A DNA stretch of 64,000 nucleotides, taken from Chloroflexi bacterium B3_Chlor. Lineage in GTDB: Bacteria > Chloroflexota > Anaerolineae > UBA7937 > B3-Chlor. Positions 55,567 to 64,000 of this stretch are shown one piece after another (positions within the stretch are counted from its first letter, which is position 1; the number at the start of each line of letters is the position of its first letter). The DNA lies in contig NJBK01000004.1 in NCBI GenBank assembly GCA_005223035.1, positions 40,577 to 104,576 of the forward strand, read 5' to 3'. Made by a program: the position numbers and the translations under genes. The notes beneath the pieces were generated by a model. That model was given only the letters and a program-made list of their open reading frames with translations. It had not been told where the DNA came from and did not search any database.

Positions 55567-56049
55567 ATGGCTACTGGACAAGCTACGCTTCTTGTTGGGC
55601 AGACTACCGGATTCAGGGAAGTCCCATTCCCCATAGGATGCACCGTCTCAAGGAAACTCAGAGACGTTCCCATTCATGGGAAGATCTCACATAGGTCGCT
55701 GTACTTCTATCGCACAACAGTAGCAGGATCAGCTGAGGCTCCACTACTTGGGCAGCTGACGCTAGGGCTGGGAGGCTTCACCTATTCCTTGATGCGCCTT
55801 GAGAGCCCGAACTATCGCCTTGTCAGACCTATTCTGGTCTCGGTGCAATATGGCGAGTCAGGCAAACTAGTTACTAGCGACTCACATGTCCACATGTATG
55901 GTGTTGGCGAATCCTTGGATGAGGCACTCGCCGACTATGAAAGCATGTTACTCGATTATTTCGAGGACTTGGCACAGAATCATGATGCGATCTCGGACTA
56001 CTTGTCGCAACAATTGGCATGGATGTTAGAGGTGATCGAGAGGGTTTGA
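55567..56049 (+). CDS. hypothetical protein with C-terminal HicB/UPF0150-like segment
   Basis: GAGGAG 7 nt upstream. The C-terminal HVHMYGVGESLDEALADYESMLLDYFEDL resembles the HicB N-domain pattern. Confidence 0.4.
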   Translation: MATGQATLLVGQTTGFREVPFPIGCTVSRKLRDVPIHGKISHRSLYFYRTTVAGSAEAPLLGQLTLGLGGFTYSLMRLESPNYRLVRPILVSVQYGESGKLVTSDSHVHMYGVGESLDEALADYESMLLDYFEDLAQNHDAISDYLSQQLAWMLEVIERV

Positions 56050-56058
56050 ACTTCCATC

Positions 56059-56337
56059 ATGCCTATCGGCGCAAGGGACTTGGAACATCTTCTCGTGCAT
56101 AAGTTTTCCTTTGAGAGGATACCAGGCAAGAAGCATGGCAAATATGGGCTCTTCGTCGGGGGTAAGAGAGTTGCGACAACGTACCTCTCCGGACTAACGG
56201 GTGACATCGACGACACTCTTCTCGGACCGATAACGAAGCAGATATTTGTTACGATGAACCAGTTCAAAGGTATGAAAGCCTGCAGTATTGAACTTGATGC
56301 GTATTTGGCTATTCTGCGTGAAAGGGGACGACTCTAG
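56059..56337 (+). CDS. small hypothetical protein (92 aa), possible toxin partner
   Basis: ORF 9 nt after the upstream gene. No confident motif. Confidence 0.35.
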   Translation: MPIGARDLEHLLVHKFSFERIPGKKHGKYGLFVGGKRVATTYLSGLTGDIDDTLLGPITKQIFVTMNQFKGMKACSIELDAYLAILRERGRL

Positions 56338-56655
56338 CTACTCGTCGTTTCTGCAGACAGGGGAGGTTTCTTGAGCGCCTTCCATCCTCACCGGAAGGCG
56401 CTTTGTTTTCTGCTGATAGGTTAGCGTCTCTACGCAACCTTCTTAACATTGTTTCGAATCCCGATGCGACTTGGGCGGCCAAGTAGGGAGGGGTCACGCC
56501 CAGCGGATATGTCTTCTCGAAACGCTGTATGACGAAGCGACGACAGGCCTCCTGGTATCTGCGTTGCAGGGCGGGTGTGAACGCGGCAAAGATGAGAAAC
56601 AGCCAGATCAGCGTAGTAGAATCCATGATCGTACTCGGTTTCTACCAAGGGTGTT

Positions 56656-57390
56656 CTACCTGAATCGTGTGCGAAATACCAGCCACGCAAACTTGGGCAG
56701 GGCCAGCGCTCGATGCCAGCGCCACGGCTCGTGGGAGAGGCGATGTAGCCACTCCAGCCCCAGCCGCTGCACCCAAGACGGCGCCCGCTTGGCCTGACCG
56801 GAGATGAAGTCGAATGCGCCGCCAACTCCCATGGCAACGGGAATCCCGAGGCGGAGCAGGTTGCGAGAGATCCATTTCTCCTGCTGTGGCGCGCCGTAGG
56901 CTACGAAGAGGATGTGGGGATGTGCACGTAGGATCAAGTCGGCTATGTAGTCTTCCTCCTGCGGCGCCGGCGATCCGGCATAGGTACCGACAATCTCTAG
57001 TCCTGGATAACGACGGCGCAGTTCCTGCCCCGCTGCTTCGGCCACTCCCTGAGCTGCTCCCAGGAGATACATTCGGTACCCCTTTTTCTCTGACAGCGCC
57101 GCCATCCTGATCACGGCATCCACTCCGGTGACGCGTTGCCTTAGCGGTGAGCCCAGGATGAGGGACGCCCAGAGTAGACCCTGACCATCCGGCAGGGCGA
57201 GGTGTGAATCGTTCAGGATCCGGGCGAAGTATGGATCCTTCCGTGCTGTCACGATGAACTCGGGGTTGACAGTGACCACCTGGTGTGGACGCCCATCCAT
57301 GATGAAACCTTCCATTTTGCGGAGGGCTTCCTCATAGGTCACGTTATCCACATGTATGCCCAGGATGTTTGCCCGGTCCCGATCCGCCAT
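56656..57390 (-). CDS. WecB/TagA/CpsF family (GT26) glycosyltransferase
   Basis: ILGIHVDNVTYEEAL...VVTVNPEF...LPDGQGLLWAS signature of GT26. Confidence 0.8.
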   Translation of the reverse strand: MADRDRANILGIHVDNVTYEEALRKMEGFIMDGRPHQVVTVNPEFIVTARKDPYFARILNDSHLALPDGQGLLWASLILGSPLRQRVTGVDAVIRMAALSEKKGYRMYLLGAAQGVAEAAGQELRRRYPGLEIVGTYAGSPAPQEEDYIADLILRAHPHILFVAYGAPQQEKWISRNLLRLGIPVAMGVGGAFDFISGQAKRAPSWVQRLGLEWLHRLSHEPWRWHRALALPKFAWLVFRTRFR

Positions 57391-57534
57391 GATGCTCCTC
57401 TATGGGCAGCTGGGCAGGTGCAACACCGGACCAGAGTGCTGTGGAACCCTGAAGCGAGCGCGTGAGAAGCCCTCACAGAGGGCCGTCGAGGCGAGATTGG
57501 CGATCAACGTATCGCAGAGTTGGCCACTTCCGCC

Positions 57535-57996
57535 TCAGAATCCTTCCAGCGCTCTTCTCTCGTCCAAGGCAATTATCTTGCCCACTCGCCGGTGGTGCCG
57601 TTCCTCATCTGAAGACTCGGCCTCCAGCCAGGTCTTGACGATGTCTGCAGCCAGGCCAGAGCCTACGACTCGCTCGCCCAGACAGAGCACGTTGGCATCG
57701 TTGTGCTCACGGCTGATCCGCGCGCTGAATGTGTCATGGCAAAGAGCCGCGCGGACGCCTTTCACCTTATTGGCGCTCATAGCCATGCCCTGACCGGTGC
57801 CACAGATCAGGATGCCCCTATCGAACTCGCCGTCGGCGACCGCTCGGGCCACCTTCACGGCATAGTCAGGATAGTCAACATCGTGGAAATCATGCGGACC
57901 GAAATCATGATGAGTGTGGCCCAGCTCCTGCAACAGCCGCGTAGTGTCGCTCTTCAGACGGGACCCGCCGTGGTCCGAAGCGATCGCAATGCGCAT
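57535..57996 (-). CDS. rpiB: ribose-5-phosphate isomerase B
   Basis: MRIAIASDHGG...ILICGTGQGM...NDANVLCLGERV. Confidence 0.85.
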   Translation of the reverse strand: MRIAIASDHGGSRLKSDTTRLLQELGHTHHDFGPHDFHDVDYPDYAVKVARAVADGEFDRGILICGTGQGMAMSANKVKGVRAALCHDTFSARISREHNDANVLCLGERVVGSGLAADIVKTWLEAESSDEERHHRRVGKIIALDERRALEGF

Positions 57997-58466
57997 TGCT
58001 CTCCCTTTCCAGCTCTCGATGCGTGTCCATCATGGCCAATTATACTTAGGTTGTCCTGCCAGGTCAATGGCGTCCGGAGGTCGCCCTTATCGCGTGCTGT
58101 GCCTGCCCGGGACCCGCCCTCGGCCGAGCTGCTTTGATATCAAGGCCCGCATTTGGAGGAAAACCAGTCTGGCTCATGAGGGTAAGGGATCTGTGGCGTG
58201 GAGAAAGGGAGAAGGAGCCAGAGTCTATCCCTATGGCATCTCATGGGGCTCGCCGCGCTGGCTTGTCGCGGAGGGATCTCGTCCCTGTCCCCGCGGCGCC
58301 AGTCCATAGCTGTGCTCCGACACCATCAACATCAGCCTTGGCAAGAGGATTCGTCCATGAGACTTGGAAGAGGGTTAGGTTGGCATCCATCTGGTGTGAG
58401 CCGTACGCCTCGCACAGGCGTGGCCAGCCGCGGGCAGGCAAATGGCTCAGTCAATGGTTCAACGTC

Positions 58467-59021
58467 TTATCTTCGGGAAGATGACAGACCGGATCCTGCT
58501 AGGAATTCGTTGATTGTCTCTATGAGTTCCCTCATCCGCTCTCGGGAGTTGGCTCCGTCGAGCTCGATATCATCCCCACCCGTGTGGCGCAGCAGAGCCG
58601 CCCAATAGACGTGTTCCACCAAGTGGCCTTTCTTGTCCACGAAGCGGACCGTGCGCTGGACTGGGTTCACGCCTTCAATCGTGCCCAATGGAAGATCGGT
58701 GACCTTATCGCGCCGGATGAGGTACCGCTCCTTTCTTACCAGGTTTGCTGCGGCCCGGTCGAAGATCAGGACCTCTTTCCAAGGTCTCGTGTAGAGCACA
58801 GCGACGATACCTGGAAGGGGAAGCGCCACTAGGAAGAGTGAGACAACAAGGCCACTCGGGGATTGCAGCGGTTTGAGGAGCCATACCACAGTCAGCAGGA
58901 CACCCACGAGGGCCGCCAGGACCACTGGTACTTCACTCCTTTTCTCCAACCGCAGGACCTGGTTTTGCAACCGCGCGACTCGGAAGTGCCCTAACTTCTC
59001 AGTCATTGCGTTTCTTGGCAA
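58467..59021 (-). CDS. hypothetical membrane protein
   Basis: Two TM helices (VPVVLAALVGVLLTVVWLL; VVSLFLVALPLPGIVAVLY) followed by a soluble domain. Confidence 0.4.
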   Translation of the reverse strand: MPRNAMTEKLGHFRVARLQNQVLRLEKRSEVPVVLAALVGVLLTVVWLLKPLQSPSGLVVSLFLVALPLPGIVAVLYTRPWKEVLIFDRAAANLVRKERYLIRRDKVTDLPLGTIEGVNPVQRTVRFVDKKGHLVEHVYWAALLRHTGGDDIELDGANSRERMRELIETINEFLAGSGLSSSRR

Positions 59022-59084
59022 CTCATTGGTGTCGAGGAAGATATCCAGTACTGCTGAGGAGGCTTCATGGGGTGGCGCACTAAT

Positions 59085-59690
59085 TCACCCTAGTGACGCT
59101 CTGGGAGGGTCCTGCTCTCTCATGGACCCCGTTTGAGGTGATTCCCGACCCAGAAAGTGCTCCGGGCGAACCCTGCCCCTGTCACCAAAGGCAACTCCTT
59201 CCATTTCCAGCAGCGCTCGCTTCAGAGGCAGCCCGCCTCCGAAGCCGCCCAGGCTGCCATCACTCCTCACTGTCCGATGACAAGGGATGATGATGGGAAA
59301 GGGGTTGCGGGCGAGGGCTGTTCCCACTGCTCTTGCAGCCTTAGGATTGCCGACTATTGCAGCCAGCTGACCGTACGAGCAGACGTATCCCCTGGGGATT
59401 GTCCTTTCTGCCATCAGCACGCGCCACTGAAATCCCGAGCAGCGGGTCGAATCGAGATGGTCAATCGGCAACTCGACCGCCTGTCCGTCGAGATAGCGGC
59501 CAATCTGCACGCAGAGGTGATCCATTGCATCCTGCGGGTGGCTGCTCTCAAGGCGCTCTCTCCCGCCAAGGCCTGGCCGCGGGAGAGAGAGTCCCATGAT
59601 CTTGGGACCCAGTTCGTCTTCGCGCCAGACCAGGACCACATCGCCAAACCTTGAGGGAATGATTCTATGACCGATTCTGTTGTGAGACAT
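59085..59690 (-). CDS. ogt: methylated-DNA--protein-cysteine methyltransferase
   Basis: Active-site IPCHRTVRSDGSLGGFGGG (PCHR motif) with an upstream HTH-like region (SYGQLAAIVGNPKAARAVG). Confidence 0.75.
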   Translation of the reverse strand: MSHNRIGHRIIPSRFGDVVLVWREDELGPKIMGLSLPRPGLGGRERLESSHPQDAMDHLCVQIGRYLDGQAVELPIDHLDSTRCSGFQWRVLMAERTIPRGYVCSYGQLAAIVGNPKAARAVGTALARNPFPIIIPCHRTVRSDGSLGGFGGGLPLKRALLEMEGVAFGDRGRVRPEHFLGRESPQTGSMREQDPPRASLG

Positions 59691-59813
59691 AAGAACGCTT
59701 CGTTCCCCCTTTTGCAGCCCATGTGAGGTGGCTGGGCGTCGGCAACGAACTTGCTTTTCCGGACCCGGGATGGTGAACCTGAGGAACGGGTCGCCGGCAT
59801 TCGGACCCTGCGC

Positions 59814-61757
<1,944 letters not shown>

Positions 61758-61962
61758 TTACCACATTTCCAACAATTTGAAAAGCCCTGCAGCGCTCCCA
61801 TTGTCAGGCCACAGTGGTACATCTTGTGGCGTCAGCACCAATCCATACTATATGTTGCGCCTTGAGTACGGAAGTGACCGAATCGGGCCTCCGGGCGGAG
61901 ACTTGTCTTGGGTCAACAGAACGTATCCGCTGCTGGGCGCAGGGTATAGGCTTGCGACGACG

Positions 61963-61991
61963 TTGACACTCGGCGTCGCGAATGATATACT
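61963..61991 (+). promoter_or_regulatory. sigma70-like promoter TTGACA-N17-TATACT
   Basis: Hexamers at 61963-61968 and 61986-61991, 40 nt upstream of the exosortase ATG at 62031. Confidence 0.55.
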
Positions 61992-62030
61992 ATAGGTAAT
62001 TGGTGCAATGGGGCGTGAGGCTTAGTTGGA

Positions 62031-62864
62031 ATGAGGGTTAACGTACGAGACATCGTTGGAGGAGCGATCATCCTGGGTCTGCTCGCACTCCTGTTCTCGT
62101 CCACTTTTGCCTGGTTGGTCTACAATTGGATCAACAACTCATACTATTCTCACGGTTTCTTGGTGCCGCTGATTTCTGCCTTCTTTCTGTGGCGCAGGAG
62201 GGAGGCATTCGGACGACACGATCGTGAGTCCAATAACTTGGGCTTAGTCGCGTTGGCGATCAGTCTGGTTTTCTTCTTGATAGCGCAAGTCTGGCAAGCC
62301 TATTCCCTTTCCGCTCTTGCCCTAATTGTGCTTCTGGTTGGACTCGCCCTCTATTTCCTGGGCGAGAGGGCCACTCGGCGCATAGCGTTTCCTCTGGCTT
62401 TTTTGCTCTTCATGATCCCCATCCCGTTCATCACTCGGCTAAGCCCTGCCCTGGAATCGTTCACAGCCACGACTTCGACCGCCGCCGTTGGTCTTCTGGG
62501 CATACCCGCCGCTAACCTCGGCTCTCAGATTGAGTTGCAGAATTCCAGCTTCGTCGTAGGTGCGGCTTGTAGCGGATTGAACTCGATTGTGGCTCTGGCG
62601 ACTCTGGTGGTGATCTTCATCTACATCCTTGAGGGGTCCTATCGCGCCAAGTTAGTCCTGTTGGGAATGGCGATCCCCATTGCCATCGTAGCCAACATCT
62701 TCCGTGTATCATCTTTACTTGTGATCGCCGATTTGTTTGGAGCTGAGGCCGGAATGAAGTATTTCCATGACTACTCCAGCCCCGTCTTGTTCTTGTTGGC
62801 TTTCTTGCTGTTGATACTGGCGAGTAGGTTGGTGGGATGTTCAGAGATACGGCGCGATATCTGA
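62031..62864 (+). CDS. exosortase (EpsH/XrtA-like transmembrane transpeptidase)
   Basis: Hallmark N-terminal block NNSYYSHGFLVPLISAFFLWRRR, then multiple TM helices, then the Arg/Cys-region ACSGLNS. Confidence 0.75.
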   Translation: MRVNVRDIVGGAIILGLLALLFSSTFAWLVYNWINNSYYSHGFLVPLISAFFLWRRREAFGRHDRESNNLGLVALAISLVFFLIAQVWQAYSLSALALIVLLVGLALYFLGERATRRIAFPLAFLLFMIPIPFITRLSPALESFTATTSTAAVGLLGIPAANLGSQIELQNSSFVVGAACSGLNSIVALATLVVIFIYILEGSYRAKLVLLGMAIPIAIVANIFRVSSLLVIADLFGAEAGMKYFHDYSSPVLFLLAFLLLILASRLVGCSEIRRDI

Positions 62865-63586
62865 TCGTCGTCGTGCTTTTGCTTTTGGCTCTGGGAGCGT
62901 GGCTTGTCATCTCTCAAGGGCTCGTTTCCCTACCCACTGAGTCTGTCGCTGGTCCCTCTGAGACGTCGAATCCTGGCGTGGCTGACGGAGCTTCGCACGT
63001 GGTGATCGTTGACGTGGAAGGCTGGTATCGCCGGACCTCTTACGAGCGAGCCTTGGCCACAGCTGTGGATTTCAGCCTTCGAGAGGATCTGTTCGATGGG
63101 ATACCCAGGGTGCTGGGCCGGTGGCAATCGGAGAGCGGAGATTGGCCGATGAGTCCTGCGGTTACTGAGTGGTACGACGACCCCGAGGTTGCGGTGACAC
63201 GTGCATACAGTGATGACAGCGGGGGCAGACTGTTTTTCTCCGTCATTGGCAGCAGAGGTGGCAAGAGCTTTCACCTTTTTGAACATACGGCGCTGACGTG
63301 CTATCCTGGTAGTGGCTGGCGAATTGCAGACGTAGGTCTGGAAAGCATAGAAATCGGCGATTCTTCAGTGAGCGTGCAGCGGGTTATCACCGAGAAGGAT
63401 CAGCTGAGGCGCATTACTCTGTACTGGTATCTCTGGACCGACCCCGAGAGAGAACCTGAGAGCGGCGTCCTCTCGGTGACGCTTCATGCTGATGTCGTCC
63501 AGTCGGATGAGCAGACGTTGGCGAATCTGAAGGAGTTCTTCCGACTCCTATTTCCTGCCGTGATGCCCTGGCGTCGGTTTGGATAA
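62837..63586 (+). CDS. exosortase-associated EpsI family protein
   Basis: N-terminal TM helix, then a soluble DUF3485/EpsI-like domain. Overlaps the exosortase gene's 3' end by 28 nt in another frame. Confidence 0.6.
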   Translation: MFRDTARYLIVVVLLLLALGAWLVISQGLVSLPTESVAGPSETSNPGVADGASHVVIVDVEGWYRRTSYERALATAVDFSLREDLFDGIPRVLGRWQSESGDWPMSPAVTEWYDDPEVAVTRAYSDDSGGRLFFSVIGSRGGKSFHLFEHTALTCYPGSGWRIADVGLESIEIGDSSVSVQRVITEKDQLRRITLYWYLWTDPEREPESGVLSVTLHADVVQSDEQTLANLKEFFRLLFPAVMPWRRFG

Positions 63587-63732
63587 GTGCCTTCCTCGGG
63601 TTGCCTCATGGGTTACTGGGCACGATGTCTCGCGGCGACCCAGACACGGCTTCACGCTGCCAGGAGCCAGCCTCTAGGGAGAAGGATTGTCGCTCCGAGC
63701 GGTGGCTCGTCGATCACAGTGGGTGGAACAGC

Positions 63733-64000
63733 ATGAATGGGGAAGTCTCCATTGTGAGGACGAAGGTCCTTGTGCCTGCAAAGCGGGCCAATTTGCTGCA
63801 TCGTTCGAGGCTCGTAGATTTCATCCACGAACATATTGACCGCAAGCTAATCCTGATCTCCGCCGCAGCAGGGTACGGCAAGACTTCGCTGCTAACTGAT
63901 CATGCCCATGACACCGACTTGCCGGTCTGCTGGTATTCCATCGACGAAGCGGATCGTGATCCAAGAGTCTTCCTGGAGTATCTTGTGGCCTCAATCGGGC
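63733..64000 (+). CDS. MalT/LuxR-type large ATP-dependent transcriptional regulator, N-terminal fragment (runs off the window)
   Basis: MNGEVSIVRTKVLVPAKRANLLHRSRL..ISAAAGYGKTSLL matches the MalT-family N-terminus and Walker A. An in-frame alternative ATG lies at 63625. Confidence 0.55.
   Translation, partial: MNGEVSIVRTKVLVPAKRANLLHRSRLVDFIHEHIDRKLILISAAAGYGKTSLLTDHAHDTDLPVCWYSIDEADRDPRVFLEYLVASIG

Overview
This is a 64 kb, high-GC, gene-dense bacterial chromosomal segment with about 60 supportable protein genes on both strands and one tRNA-Gln(TTG). No rRNA, CRISPR array, transposase or integrase is visible. The gene content (MglA/MglB, exosortase with EpsI, long-form RmlA, thiolase with DUF35, Gram-positive-style CpsC/CpsD) fits a Chloroflexota-like lineage, but that placement is inference only.

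The window holds three themes.

1. Coordinates 396-2995: a small protein that ends in Gly-Gly sits directly upstream of a glutamine-synthetase/GCS2-fold carboxylate-amine ligase and a class II (N-terminal Cys) amidotransferase-like hydrolase. I read this as a possible uncharacterised amide-ligation or peptide-tagging cassette.

2. Coordinates 3628-14126: a large polarity/GTPase signalling island. A plus-strand operon encodes PilZ, three Roadblock/LC7 proteins and a hybrid GAF-PAS histidine kinase. It converges on a minus-strand operon encoding a GAF-GAF histidine kinase, a Roadblock protein, a DUF4388(PATAN)-Roadblock fusion, a Roadblock-nucleotidyltransferase fusion, MglB, MglA and another Roadblock protein. 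That gives eight Roadblock domains around a single MglA orthologue.

3. Coordinates 30704-39469: a polysaccharide / dTDP-sugar cluster (Wzz-like protein, BY-kinase, long-form RmlA, B12-binding radical SAM enzyme, two small paralogous proteins, RmlB, glycoside hydrolase, GT-C-like membrane protein). Its leader regions are unusual: a 20-bp tandem triplication of an SD-plus-start module builds a chain of mini-uORFs ahead of the radical SAM gene, and a similar single mini-uORF overlaps the rmlA-like start.

The rest is housekeeping: uvrC, gyrB, murI, dtd, tsaB/tsaE/rimI, maf, rpiB, cdd, ogt, resB/ccsA, a DMSO-reductase-family molybdoenzyme, thiolase with DUF35, exosortase with EpsI, and a partial MalT/LuxR-type regulator at the 3' edge.

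Several sigma70-like promoters share the unusual format TTGACA-N17-TATACT. All functional calls rest on motif and domain recognition by eye; no database search was possible.
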